Below the pieces are notes generated by a model. The model made no database searches. It was not told where the DNA came from and saw only the letters and a list, made by a program, of their open reading frames with translations. From Eledone cirrhosa (Eukaryota), in contig OZ024753.1 in NCBI GenBank assembly GCA_964016885.1, forward strand, positions 39,122,001 through 39,186,000: a stretch of 64,000 bases of DNA. The letters run 5' to 3'. Numbering within the stretch: position 1 is the stretch's first letter; each line of letters begins with the position of its first letter. The translations under genes were made by a program, and so were the position numbers. Shown here one piece after another: positions 28,525-44,450 of this stretch.

Positions 28525-30039
28525 TTGGCATATGTATTTTGTTGTTCATATGTTATTATTTTCGAGGTTAGCTATAATTGTTTAAGATTATGATAAACAC
28601 CTGATAATTTAATTTATATCTAAGCTAGCATTAAATCTAATATGACAACGATTTGTGTCTTGCTCGTATCACATGATATGATAACAGTTTCAATTGAAAC
28701 GATACAACATGGAAAATATTTTTCGTTTTCTCCCTACACTCTGTCTATCAAATGAATATGCAAGCAATATTTAATTGGGTGTGACAATATATATACGTTT
28801 GGATCGTGTATTTTTGTTGGAATTTCAATATTTGGAGAAACCTAACAGAATCTATATAATTTTCTAGCAACAAACTGTAATTATTATTCCTTTTCGTATG
28901 AATTTGATTGCTTGAATTTATAATTATTGGTGCAACGAATGATAGTAAACTATGAGTTATAGAGTCGCCTTCATATCAACCAGCGTCAATATGCAAGTGT
29001 GTATATGGCATCATTTAAAACGTTTCTGTAGAGAAAGCTCTATACGTCTATTTCGCCCATTTATCAATGGCTGAGTATGGGAATATATATTATTATATTG
29101 CCCTATTAGGTGTCGTTTATTAATGTATGCTTGCAATTACGTGTGTTTATATGAGTGTGTGTGTGTCCGCTTGGAGGAGGCAAATATAGCAATTATATTT
29201 ATCAATAAATGTAAATATTGGTTTCTAAGTTGTCTTTGGTGATGCATTTATCAGTACATGCGTTATAATAGTGAGGTTGTAACTATATTTGTGGATACCA
29301 TTAATGTCACATTTGTCACCATAAATAATCATTTTATTGGTACAACTACGGAAGAAAAACAATATGGCGCCGATCATTAGCCCGGGTGTATATGCAAATG
29401 ATTATATTTATAAGCAATAGCTGGGGAAGCGGGTGAAATAGTGACACATTTGAAGTTGCTGTCTAGAGATCAAATTAACGAAGGAAAATTTATCACTAAA
29501 AGATGTTTTGAAGTTGCTATAGTAAATACCTGTTTCATCAGTAATCGGGTAATTATACAGGCAGAAAACATATCTTAGAAACACACATAGAAATTAATAG
29601 TTACATCTATAGAAACAAATACGATTGTAATTGCATAATGAAGAGAAGAGATAAGAATTATATAGATTAATGGATTTCAACAAATTCTGAATGTTCTTCT
29701 TAAGCGTATTATATTTCTTTAATCAATCCTATGAATTCGTGATGGCGAGACGGCGCAAATGTCAATCTTCCTCATAAGTGGAAATATGGTTGAATAAATC
29801 AAGATGTAATAAACAGTTTATTAACGCGTCTAATTATACGGACCGCACGATCAAATACAAGCATGAAGTGTTTTAATTTGTAGATTCTCCAAGCTAACTG
29901 TCTGCGTGTGTTGGACCTACATCGGTTTCGACGATGAGTTTTCTGTGTTTTTTAAACAAAACAACGGAACACACGGCTCGAGATATTAACATGCAAGTGG
30001 CGGAGCATTCTACAAACACGTATTCTGTTAACGTAATTC

Positions 30040-30615
30040 TTAAAGAGATTCTGTAGCGTGACATGGAGTGTGACAGAGAGTGTAACAAAGTTGGCTCTTT
30101 GAATTACAGATGAGTGGACTGGAGTAGCGTGTAATAAAGTGCCTTGCTCAAGGATTTTACTTGTGGCTCAGTCTGGAAATTAGACAAGTGTCCCTGTAAA
30201 GGTGAGCCGAACACACTAACAACTAAATCACGTACCCTCAAAAGATAATCTTGACATGGGAAAGTTATGAAATGCCACTTCTAATTTATTTCTCCGATAT
30301 ATTATCAACTAGGCCTGACGGTGCGCGTGAGTCTAATAGTTAGGGCGTTGGGCTTACGATCGTTAAATGGTAAATTCCGATTCCAGTCGGCAGGTTTGTC
30401 TTTGAGAAAGAAGCCTTATTTCCCATTGTTCCAGTCCGTACAGCTCTGGTAAAAATGAAATGTATTTGTCACTTCCAATGTGTCATACTGAATCTCCCTG
30501 ATAATTGCGTTAAGTTTTGAGGCATCTGTGGAATTCTTAGCAAACTACTCGATAAATCTACGACCTGGTATTTTCTGTTGATCAGACATACGCAACATTC
30601 GCCATGGAAACTGAC
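30040..30615. mobile_element. Head-to-head pair of CORE-like SINEs (30040-30240 minus; 30320-30615 plus)
   Basis: aataaagtgccttgctcaagga; tRNA-like head at 30320 and ctgaatctccctga body. Confidence 0.6.
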
Positions 30616-30644
30616 AAAGATCCAGCACCACTATCAGCAGCTAT

Positions 30645-30684
<40 letters not shown>

Positions 30685-30718
30685 ACAACAGCAGCAGCAG
30701 CAGCAGCATCCTCAGCAA

Positions 30719-30753
<35 letters not shown>

Positions 30754-30854
30754 CCACCATCATCATCACCATCAGCATCATCTTCATCGGCATCTCTCCC
30801 CAGCAACATTGTCGTCTTCATCACATCATTATCTTCATCACGTTTATTACAACA

Positions 30855-30906
<52 letters not shown>

Positions 30907-30910
30907 TAAC
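30645..30910. repeat. (CAT)n/(CAG)n/(CTA)n microsatellites
   Basis: Read directly. Confidence 0.95.
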
Positions 30911-32244
30911 CACCATCACCTTCACAAACAACTCCATAGCTATTGATCCTACAACTGGATCCCTTGTCGTCGTAATCGACGGAGATCCAATATCACATGA
31001 TATACAGGTTAAATATACGGAAGCCATTTTCCTATTATATTGATATCGAATGAATAATTACGATAATTTCGTTGTACTCGATAAATGAATCTTTTGCTAA
31101 AAAAGAATTTCAATTTAACAAATTTCCTACAAAAATTAGGAAGGTGGCACCGTTACTGACATGAGTGGCAATTTACATTTATGAAGTAAAATATTCATAT
31201 TCTCGAATGAAAATTCCCATAAATATTAAATGTTGAAATCGTTTTTAAATGGACTCTTTCATGAAAGTCTAGTATAAATAGATTGAATAATAAAATCAAA
31301 GAGTTATAATCTTTCAAACAGATTTGTAAAGTGTAAACAGCTTTAAAACTCTGTATCATAAATGGAAGTATTACTAGATACGAACATTTTATAAACTAAA
31401 TGGTATTTTGTCTATATTCAAATATATTTTGGCATCTAACGAGAACAGTACATTTATTTTCTCTTTTCTCTCTCACTCCGTCTCTCTTTTATTTGCTCTC
31501 TCTCCTCTACTACCCTCTCTCTATCTCTGACACTCTAAACCAATAAAATTTACCTCATTTGTAAATAAAAGCCACATATTTTATATTTTTAATTTGTTTA
31601 GTTATATATATCTTTGCTCTTTAAAATTTCAAGCGTTATCAAATCGTGATAAGCCACTTGGTTTTTGATACGAAGCGGAACTGATTTGCTATATATAGTT
31701 CAGTAAGCCTTTTCGAAAAGGCATGATTGTTAAAACTTCCTGTTTTGCTCCTTTAAGAATCTAACTTAAATTATATCTAAGAAACCACAATTTAAAAAGA
31801 ATATTTTAATTTCATGACATTACGGAAAGTTATAGGTTTGGTTCAAATATTTAGCTCGTATATTGATTTATTTTCCTTCTCATTGACGCAACAGTAGGGT
31901 AAATATGATTGACCCTGCTCCCTTGTAATGTCTTCTACATGTTAGCAATTTATTCATGGATTCTTTAATTTTTGATGAGAGTCATGTGACCACCGGCATG
32001 GCATACAACGTGGCTTGACATTTGAGTTTAGTGGAGTTTATCTCTCTCCTCAGACCCGAACTCAATCCATTTCTGCCAGATAAATATATATATATAAAGA
32101 GGTGTGTGTGAGTATTTGTGTTTGTGTGTGTATGTGTGGATGGGTAAGGGAAAGAGAATTGAGAAATATATACATAGGTATAATCGACATCAATATTAAA
32201 CTGGTAATTTATTTCTCAACCTCACTAGGTTTTAGAAAGGTTTT

Positions 32245-32785
32245 AGCAAGTATTCCGGTCCTTACTTTATATTTTTTGACCTACTAATAGAATTGACGAC
32301 GAAAATAAATTAGAAATGGATACTGAAAGTGTTGGTAAGATACTCCCAGGAAAGCTGGACAACTGAAAGACTTCAGAGCAGGTCTTTAGAGAAGAAACTA
32401 TCTCCAAGCAAGTTTTCTGGTCCTTACTTCATCTTTTTTGTCGTACTGATAGAATTGACAGAGAAAATACATTAAAGATGTATAGTGAGATACTGGAATT
32501 GTTGGTAAGAAACTCCCAGGAAAGCTGGACAACAGAAAGACTTCAGAAGAAACTTCCCCCAAGCAAGTGTTCCTGCCCTTACTTCACATTTTTTGACGTA
32601 CTGATAGAATTGACAGAGAAAATACATTAGAAAGTGTTGGTAAGATACTCCCAGGAAAGCTGGACAACAGAGAAGGTTAAAGAGAAGAAACTTTCCATAA
32701 GCAAGTATTCCAGCTCTTACTTTATATTTTTTGATGTACCGATAGAATTGACAGAGAAAATAAATTAAAGATGTATACTGAAATA
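32245..32785 (+). repeat. Tandem array of ~3.5 units of 140-160 bp
   Basis: agcaagt..cttactt..atagaattgac..gttggtaaga(t/a)actcccaggaaagctggacaac starting ~32245, 32407, 32561, 32700. Confidence 0.9.
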
Positions 32786-33220
32786 TGAAAGCTTAAATGG
32801 AAATACATATATCTTAAACTAATCTCAAAACCAATCTTACAAACATTTTTGCATATGTAATGACAATTATAAATAAAAGAGAAATACGAATATATTTAAA
32901 AATTTAACATCGTAGTAGGAAATATTTTAGAAATTTGCTGGAAATGCAGAAAACGGGGAAATAAAGGAACGCAAAAGAAAATAATAGATTTTTTTTTCAG
33001 ATTTTTTTGTTTGTATAAATATGCTGAATAAAATAGTGTTGTAGAGAGGATAGAATTTTATAGATATTGTCGTGGTATATAAACTGAGGTTTGAAGTGTT
33101 GAAGAGAGAAAAGGTATGTAAAAATAATATATATATATTAGAATGAACGTTAAGTCAAATATATACACATGCATATAATTCTCTTTCTCTCTCTTTATAT
33201 ATATACGTATATATATATGC

Positions 33221-33308
<88 letters not shown>

Positions 33309-33418
33309 GTATATATATATATATATATATATATAAATATATATATACGTATATATATACGTATATATATATATACGTATATATATATATATATGTGTAT
33401 ATATATATATATATATAC

Positions 33419-33493
<75 letters not shown>

Positions 33494-33894
33494 TGGAAAT
33501 ATATATGTTAAAGGAGCGATAATATAAATATTGACATAGAATAGAGAAGGCTATCGTGGTGAGATATATATGAAATAATAATAATAATAATAATGATAAT
33601 AATAATAATGATAATAATAACAAATAATTGAACCTTTGATAAAGATGGTAATATTTGAGTCATATATGTAAAAATTAACATACAGACATTCACTAAAAAG
33701 GATATAATGCGCATGGATGAGGTGCAGAAATAAGTCAAAAATATTTTTGATGGTTAGTAATTCAAGGGTAGGGGGAAACATATATATATATTCATATATA
33801 TACACTCACATATATATATACATATATATATATACATATATATTTGTGTATATAAATATATATATTTATATATATATATATATACATATATATT

Positions 33895-33927
<33 letters not shown>

Positions 33928-33943
33928 TTACATATATATATAT

Positions 33944-34001
<58 letters not shown>

Positions 34002-34028
34002 GCACATACATATTTGATATGTATTTAC

Positions 34029-34061
<33 letters not shown>

Positions 34062-34087
34062 CGCATATATGCATGATAATAATGATG

Positions 34088-34149
<62 letters not shown>

Positions 34150-34684
34150 AATAATAATAATAGGGTGAAAGTGAAGTGTGATAGTTGATGATGCAAGTGG
34201 TGCACGGGGAAACTGCAGTGGTGGCGGTGGTGGTGGTGGTGGTGGTGGTGTTGATGATGGTGGTGGCGGAGAGGGAGAGAAAAATGTAATAGTAACAAAC
34301 AAACAAAAAAACTAATAAAATAATAAAACGCTAAGCTAAGCTAGGCTAGAAGTGTTGTATGAAAGTATGCTGCCTAGATAAAGGCAGAAGAAGAAATATA
34401 TAGTGTGTACAGTGCACACTATATTGGTCCAACAACTTGAACATATATTCAAGTCACGTTCTCCACTCAGGTCATAGATTGTAGCGAGTGATACACCGGG
34501 CGCGATGGCTGTGTGCTTTCTAACGATAAATGAACTTCTACGTTATGTGAGGTTCGTTTCGTCTTCCACCATGTTGGTTATTTTTTTTATTTTTATTAAA
34601 AAAAAAAATAAAATTCTTCTATTTTATATTTGTTTATTTATTCACTTATTTATTTGTATATTTATTCATTCATTTATTTATTTA

Positions 34685-34715
<31 letters not shown>

Positions 34716-34935
34716 CTGCTTCTTCTTCTTCTTCTTCTTCTTCTTCTTCTTCTTCTTCTTCTTCTTCTTCTTCTTCTTCTTCTTCTTCTTCTTCTTCTTC
34801 TTTTCAAATCAACAACGAAGTACAGTGAAAAACCGATTATAAATCGGTTCAACCAAACGTTAGTTCTCTTCTTCCAAAGATATATACATACATATATATA
34901 TACATACGTATATATATATATACATACATACATGC

Positions 34936-35012
<77 letters not shown>

Positions 35013-35038
35013 CATATATATAGGTAGATATATATAAT

Positions 35039-35144
<106 letters not shown>

Positions 35145-35215
35145 TATATATATATATACATATGTAGATATATATATATACATATGTAATATATATATAT
35201 ATATGTATATATACG

Positions 35216-35248
<33 letters not shown>

Positions 35249-35502
35249 ACACATACACACATACACATATATATATTCTCCATACTTCATTCACTTTTTG
35301 CAAATCTATTTTATTTCATCCCAGAGAATCTCTTCACTTTTTTTCACTATTTTTTTATTTCTCCATTTTATTTCATTTTATGATTTGTTTTTCTTCTTTA
35401 TTTTTGTTCAGGTCAATGATTCTTTCTTTTTTCCCTTCTCATTTGGCTGTCTTATTTGGGCTATTCACTTTAGTTTTTTTCATGGTCATATATATATATA
35501 TG

Positions 35503-35571
<69 letters not shown>

Positions 35572-35577
35572 GCATAT

Positions 35578-35659
<82 letters not shown>

Positions 35660-35743
35660 ATGTATGTATGTATATATGCATAAATATATATGTGTATAAA
35701 TACATATATATATATATATAAATATATATATATGTATAAATAC

Positions 35744-35780
<37 letters not shown>

Positions 35781-35836
35781 CATACATATATATATATATT
35801 TTTATATATACATATATATATATATATATTTATATA

Positions 35837-35912
<76 letters not shown>

Positions 35913-36169
35913 AAAATATATATATATATATGTATGTATATATATATATAGATTTATTTATTTATACATATATATATATATATATTTATGCTTATATATA
36001 TATATGTATATAAATAAAGATATGTGTATATATATATACACACATATATATATATATACACACACACATATATATATATATATACATATATATATATGTC
36101 ATGTTTTATTCCCTCGAATAATTGATATAACATACCACTGTCGGAACAACATGTACAACCCCCAATTCT

Positions 36170-36365
36170 ACCATTACCACCACCACCACCACCACCACCA
36201 CCACCACCACCACCACCACCACCACCATCAGCATCATCTACCACACAACATTACCCCAAATCACAACAAACATATATTACTTGTACAATACATCTAAACA
36301 ATACCCCCCCCCCCAAAAAAAAAAAACATTACTACCTATACCACCATCACTACCATCTCGTCACT

Positions 36366-36432
<67 letters not shown>

Positions 36433-37265
36433 CTACCATCACCATCACCATTATCATCGTCATATTCACTACTGTTATCATCATAGTCATCATTATCACT
36501 ATCATTATCACCCCATCGCCACCCTCCCGCATCTGTCATCATCATCACAATCATCATCCTCATCATCAGCATCGTAACCTCCATCACCACCACCACTACC
36601 ACACCCATAACCACCTTCATCACCAGCGCCATTCATCAGCACTATAATCATCATCATCACCATCACCATCACCATCATCATCACCGTCACCATCATCCAT
36701 CACCAACACTACCGCCACCTCCGCCACCACAACCACAACCATCATCATCATGATTAGCAACACGATGATGATCATTATCATTACTATCATCATCATCATC
36801 ATCATCGTCGACCCCCCCCCCCCTCCACATCATCATCATCATTATCATCATCATCATCATCACTATCATTATCATCACCATCACCATCATCATCATCATC
36901 CACACCAAACCATCACCATCATCATCATCATCATCATCACCACCAACCTCCACAACTGCCATCACCATATATCATTATCAGCATCATCATCAACAATACC
37001 ACTACCACTACCACCACTACCACCACAACCACCACCACCACCACCACCACCACCACCACCACCACAACCACCACTACCACCACCACAACCACCACCACAC
37101 TACCACAACCACCACCACCACCACTCTGCCACAACCACCACCACCACAACCACCACCACACCACCACCACCACCACCACCACCACCACCACCACCACCAC
37201 CACCATCATCATCAACAACAACAGCACCAACACCAACATTAGCTACAACAGCAACAGCAAACATC
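36170..37265. repeat. (CAC)n/(CAT)n degenerate microsatellite field
   Basis: Read directly. Confidence 0.95.
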
Positions 37266-37589
37266 GTTAATACAGCGGAAAAGAAATACAACCCGTAAAA
37301 AAAGCAAACACTCAATAGTAAATTGAAAAACTAACAACATCATAAAGACAGAAAAACCATCTCATTAGCATCATACAGACATAGTAGGTTATATATATTT
37401 GTTTTACTCTATCAGGAAAAAAATAACCATGTCTTATTTTTCACCGAGTAATTCTAGGTTGGGAAATTGTGATCAGACTTCGTGTAGTTTCGCAATTATT
37501 TCCCCAAGTCATGATTCCTCCCTACGGTGAGAAACCTTGTAGAACTTAAGCAGCGACCGAGTGAAGAGGTTGTCTGTTCATGACACGAT

Positions 37590-37825
37590 TTCGATTCTCA
37601 GTAAGATCTGGCAAAATGGGATATATTTAAAGGATGAGGACGTTGTATGTAACTGCGGCATCGAACCACAAACCTCACAGCACTTCCTGATGTTCCCCTT
37701 GCTAGACCACCCTTGTAGAGCATTGGATTTGGCAGAATTTAACAAAAAAGAACAGCAATGTGGCAGAACCACATCTAGCCAAGCTTCGTAGCCGACATTC
37801 TTGTAGACACGACAAGAAGAAGACG
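37590..37825 (+). pseudogene. 3' relic of a Vingi/Ingi-like LINE with degenerate zinc knuckle
   Basis: DVVCNCGIEPQTSQHFLMFPLLDHPCRALDLAEFN resembles C.CG...QT..HLL.CPLL..PC...DL; ends gacacgacaagaagaaga. Confidence 0.6.
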
Positions 37826-38139
37826 AATTCTCCGTAGAATCGAATACATTTTGAGAATCATGTTGCTACACTCCATAGAAAAGCCGTTATCGTCTCACAA
37901 TGTCACAATTAACTTTACAACAATTTTACTTCCTATCTCACAACCAATCTTACAGCTAGTGAGTTTAAGAATAATCGCAGCTTACAACTCCATTTACTCC
38001 TTTACTCGCACACACTGCGGTCAAATCTGTCTTTCATCCATCGTGATCGTTAAAATAAAGTAGCAGTAAAGAACTTGGGTCGATTTAAATGAGACTTACT
38101 TTGCTCCGTGTGCCAATACTAGAAATAAATATTAATATT

Positions 38140-38500
38140 TGGACGGTGGATTGACAAAATCGGTAGAGCGTCAGACAAATTGCTTGACAGTATTTACAAA
38201 CGACTTTCTACAGAGTTAAAATCCCACCAACTTTACCTTTCGTCCTTCTGGTGTCGACAAAAGAAAATACCAGTTAAATACTGGGTTGATTTAATCGACT
38301 TCCACACCTCCAAATCTGTTGGCCCTGTGACAATTTTAGAATGAATTGTGATTATATTACCTTGGAAATCCCATCGAGGTTAGCTTTGCCTTTCATCATT
38401 AAGGGGTCGATTAACTAAAGTACCAGTAAGTTACTAGGGTTGATATAATCGACTTTTCCCCTCCCACCAAACTGTTCGTTCTGTGTCAATGCTAGAATGA
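38140..38500 (+). mobile_element. Two tandem diverged Nin/Deu-like SINEs
   Basis: ctttgcctttcatc..ggggtcgat..aagtaccag. Confidence 0.75.
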
Positions 38501-39488
38501 ATTATTATTGTATTATCTTTGAAAAATAAACTGTTTATTTATAAGTGTCGTTATGTATTTATTGTAAACCCGCCATCACCAACTCTATTCTCTTTTATTT
38601 TCTAAGTGCTGCGCATGGGCGAACTTGCTTTAGTACACAATAGTTAATGAGAATAGATGTTCGTTGATAATTCTTTATATAGATATATATATATATATAT
38701 AAATATATATATATATGTATATATATATTTTTTTATATGTGTGTGTGTGTATATATATATATTTGCGCATTTAGTGGATATTTAAGATTACACTTTTCTC
38801 TCCCTGTCTCCCTCTTTCCACCTCTCTTTCGCTCTTTCTCTCTCTCTCTCTCTATCTACCTATCTATCTATCTATCGTTCTCTCTCTATCTCTCTCTCTC
38901 TCTCTCTCTCACACTCTCTCTTTCTCGCTATCATTCTTTCTCTCTACCCCCTCACTCTGAGAATTGTCTTGAATACAATACTTCTAACGATATTATTATG
39001 TGAGCTGTAGATTAAGCTTAGGAACGAACAATAGGTGTGATATCATACATAATACGATAAATCGTGATATATAGCCTCAGCCCAGTCAACGTTTATCTGT
39101 GAAGACAATAGCACATGAATTGAATGACCGATTGATATAAAAAGAGAAGAAGCAGCCTAAAACCTCAAATGCTACTAAACACACTGACTAGATCAGGCCT
39201 TTCGTTAGACTTGTTCAATCGTTCTCAATGAAATGATAAATCGATGAATTCATAAATTTTGTGACACTCTCCAAAACAAGAAAATAATAATAATAATAGT
39301 AATAATAATAATTTAGAACACTGTTACGCAGCCAATATGTTTAGGATTTCATCCAAATTTGTATAAAATTGATCCTTTAATACAAAACTATCCGAAACCA
39401 CCGAAAACCACCTACAACTGTCTAGGAATAAACCTGTTTATTTCAAAGAGTTTATGATTCTCTAAAACCCTTCCATTATAATTGGATT

Positions 39489-39666
39489 GGATTGGCAGTA
39501 TCGGTAGAGGGTCGGACGCCATGCTTTCCAGCATAGTTACGTCCCTTTACGATCTGAGTTCAAACCCCGCCGAGGTTGACTTTGCCTTTCATCCTTACGG
39601 GGTCGATAGAATAAAGTACCAGTAATGCACTGGATAATTACTGGCCTTGTGCCTAACGTAGAAACA
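39489..39666 (+). mobile_element. Nin/Deu-like SINE, near full length
   Basis: A-box tggcagtatcggtagag, B-box gagttcaaacc; imperfect TSD attataatt(g/t)gat. Confidence 0.9.
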
Positions 39667-39711
39667 ATTATAATTTGATGTAAGAATCATTTTTCAGTTA
39701 ATAATGGTTTC

Positions 39712-39925
39712 GAAATTAAGTACAAGGGCAATAATGTTTTTTTTTTCTGGTGGGGGTGATTAAATAAAACCCGGTACTATACTAGTACTTTGTTTTATGA
39801 ATCTCGGAAGGATGAGAGGCAAAGTTGACCTCGGCAGGATTTGAACTCGGAACGTAGTAATCCTGAACAAATACTTCCAACCATTTAACCAACGATCTAA
39901 TGACTCTGTCAAACCACCATACCAG
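39712..39925 (-). mobile_element. Diverged Nin/Deu-like SINE
   Basis: aggcaaagttgacctcggcaggatttgaactc. Confidence 0.75.
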
Positions 39926-40577
39926 CTTAATAATGAGAAGGTTAGTTACCCTATTGAATCTCTTTAAATTTATGATTAGTTTCAAAAGGATTTGAAAATC
40001 ATAGCCAGTGTCTTTCTTTAGACATAGTAGCGAAATAGTTAAGGTTCAGTAATGTACCTCTCGGTGGTTTGCGTCCTAGAGGGTTGCCAAATTGGCCTTA
40101 ATCTTAGCACCGACACAGGGGCACAGGTAACGAAGGTTCTGAAGTATTATAGTACAAAGCTCAATTTCAATCATGTTTCTAGCTGGGAGAACCAAATTTC
40201 CGAAAAGGAAAAAAAAAATGACAGAAAAAGCTAATTATTTATCGATTAATGAATTTCATTAGGAAACGTCAAGCAATTGTGTCTTTTTATCACATTCAAA
40301 TGATATATATAAATATTTACAGATATATATATTGATTGTTATAAATTAAGTATACTTTTTCTTTTTAATTTCCTGAGAACATTCGCATTCCATATATCTG
40401 AATACAGAGGAAAATAATGAAATTATCACCATGTTAAAAGTGCAAGTGATTCATAATTTGACGAAATAGTGTAATAAGAAAACAACTGTATATTTGTCAA
40501 ATAATTTCAATAACACAATCAAATTAACGAACAAAATTTTACCTGGAAGCAGAGATATAAAATCTCTGTAATGATAA

Positions 40578-40952
40578 TAATTGTTTCTACGTTTGGCACA
40601 AGGCCAGCAATTACCCCAGTGCATTACTGCTACTTTATTTTATCGACCCCGTAAGGATGAAAGGCAAAGTTAACCTCGACAGGATTTGAACTCAGAATGG
40701 CAAGGGCCGTAATTCTATACGTCAAAGCATGGCGTCCGACCCTCTACCGATACTGCCAATCCAAATAATTGTTTCTACTTTTTGGCACAAGGCCAGCAAT
40801 TATCCCAGTGTATTACTGGTACTTTATTTTATCGACCCCGTAAGGATGGAAGGCAAAGTTAACCTCGGCGGGATTTGAACTCAGTCCGTAAAGGGACGCA
40901 ACTGTGCTGCAAAGCATGGCGTCCAACCCTCTACCGATACTGCCAATCCACC
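40578..40952 (-). mobile_element. Tandem dimer of Nin/Deu-like SINE
   Basis: Two ~187-bp units starting ~40578 and ~40766. Confidence 0.9.
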
Positions 40953-41425
40953 AATAATAATAATAATAATGGTGATGAGGATGATGATGAGGATGATGAT
41001 GAAAATAATGACGATAATGATGATGATGATAACAATAACAACAATAAGGAGAATAACGATATCCCTATAAGTCAAGTCAAGGCTGAAATATTTTGATAAT
41101 ATTTAAATTTATCGATGCAGGCCTCAAGATTCGAGATTTTCTAACTGGCCCACGCATCATTTCAGAAAAACTTCGTTTGCTCTTTATATAATTATTTCGA
41201 AAAGTTCACAACAACAAAAAATATAAACTTTGACGAATTTTAGTGCAATTTACATAATATGAAGAAATAATTATGTTGCATAATGAACCAGATAAACTAT
41301 CTCAGTCGTCTCAATAATTGAATCCATGGAATCGCTCACGGGATTATTTCTGTACCACCATATCCTCCTCTTACGAAGGAAATGATTCACATGATTAACA
41401 CACACGCTTTGTGAATGTCTGTGTG

Positions 41426-41501
<76 letters not shown>

Positions 41502-41598
41502 TATATGTATGTATATATATATATATATTATATATGTATATGAATATATATATATATATATATGTATATATATGTATGTATATATATATGTGTATATA

Positions 41599-41701
<103 letters not shown>

Positions 41702-41702
41702 G

Positions 41703-41737
<35 letters not shown>

Positions 41738-41739
<2 letters not shown>

Positions 41740-41869
41740 CAAAGAGGGTGTGGTAAGATACCAGGTGGACCATAACGCACCAGAGTGCTCAATACTTAGG
41801 GTAGTAGAGTGGGTAGACTAGCTGTCGAAATGGTTGGGGCTCAGCTGACGGTGTCTTGACACTTTTCCT
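41738..41869. mobile_element. Family C element: tail plus inverted short arm
   Basis: gtggtaagataccaggtggaccataacgcaccagagtgctc.. then ..cttttcct(TA)n. Confidence 0.8.
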
Positions 41870-41873
41870 ATAT

Positions 41874-42648
<775 letters not shown>

Positions 42649-42975
42649 ACACATGCATATATACATACATTCGTGTAAATCTGCATGTACACATGTACAG
42701 ATACAAAACATATGGATATGCATATATATAACTCAAATCATATACATACACACATACAATAACATCCATACCTGCACACACGCACACATGCAGATATGCA
42801 GACATATCTACGTATTTGATGGATGTTTAAATTCCTATGAAAGTATCTTCTGTCTATGTTAGAAACCGACTCTCTCTCTCTATTGGTAAAACATGTATAA
42901 AATTATAAAACCAGAAGAAGATACATACATACATACGTATATACATACATGCATATATACATACATATATACATA

Positions 42976-43712
42976 TGATGGCTGCCCCCTCGTTATCGAG
43001 TATGGCCATTGCACGATTATTAATAATAATTAATTAATTCTATCGTGCAATGCCTGTGGGTGAAGATATTTTTTAAAGTGACGAAAGACTGTGCACTGAG
43101 CCAATCCCACTCTCTGAGCGACAGTAGCTATAACCCGAAAAGAAGAGAAGATCAACATCATCGGTAACTACTGAGCCGCAGGTTTTATATCGGAGTTATC
43201 CCAATTTCCTGAGTTGCCTTCTCCTAGAAGAATGCCCTGAGAAAGGCTACGGGTCCTTCACTCCCAGTGGTTTAACCGCGCGATCGGGTGTCCAGCCCGA
43301 CTATTTCTATGTCCCCGCGCATATACATACACATGCACCCATGCATATACACATATACACACACATGTACATGTGTATATACATATTTACACAATTTTGG
43401 ATACATACATATATACATGATGATGGCTGCCCCCTCGTTATCGAGTATGGCCATTGCACGATATACCATTATTAATAATAATTAATTAATTCTATCGTGC
43501 AATGCCTGTGGGTGAAGATATTTTTTAAAGTGACGAAAGACTGTGCACTGAGCCAATCCCACTCTCTGAGCGACAGTAGATATAACCCGAAAAGAAGAAA
43601 AGATCAACATCATCGGTAACTACTGAGCTGCAGGTTTTATATCGGAGTTATCCCAGTTTCCTGAGTTGCCTTCTCCTAGAAGAATGCCTTGACAAATGCT
43701 AGGGGTCCTTCA
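42976..43712 (-). mobile_element. Two tandem copies of a ~290-330-bp element with RTE-like 5'-UTR motifs
   Basis: 42976-43310 and 43422-43712 near-identical; minus strand tagcc..ctaggagaagg..aactccgatataaaacc. Confidence 0.55.
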
Positions 43713-43769
43713 CATACATACATACAAATACCACGCCATACATACATACAAATATACATACATACATGC

Positions 43770-44235
43770 ATACATACATACCCAAACGCATACATATACA
43801 CCCAAACACATACATACATACCCAAACACATACAAATATACATACATACATACATACATACCCAAACACATACAAATATACATACATACCCAAACACATA
43901 CAAATATACATACATACCCAAACACATACAAATATACATACATACCCAAACACATACAGACATACACAAATACATACATACATACCCAAATACATACATA
44001 CCCAAATACGTACATATCCAAATACATACATACCCAAATACGTACATATCCAAATACATACATACCCAAATACATACATACCCAAATACGTACATATCCA
44101 AATACATACATACCCAAATACATACATACCCAAATACGTACATATCCAAATACATACATACACAAATACGTACATACCCAAATACATACAGACATACCCA
44201 AATACATACATACCCAAATACATACATACCCAAAT
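43770..44235 (+). repeat. catacatacccaaa-type minisatellite
   Basis: Read directly. Confidence 0.92.
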
Positions 44236-44266
44236 ACATACATGCATACATACATATTGCAAATAA

Positions 44267-44450
44267 CTGTTTCTACTTTAGGCACAAGGCCAGCAAATAA
44301 CCAGTGCATTACTGGTACTTTATTTTATCGACCCCGTAAGGATGAAAGCAAAGTCAACCTCGGCGGGATTTGAACTCAGATCGTTTAGGGACGTAACTAT
44401 GCTGGAAAGCATGGCGTCCGACCCTCTACTGATACTGCCAAACCATCGCC
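44267..44450 (-). mobile_element. Nin/Deu-like SINE with 17-bp TSD
   Basis: ATACATATTGCAAATAA at 44250-44266 and 44451-44467. Confidence 0.92.

Noticed and set aside
30921-31010. Cadherin-like peptide IDPTTGSL
   Set aside because: The DNA matches the 3' end of the SINE body seen at 15950-16000 and 58615-58650, and no other cadherin motifs are present.
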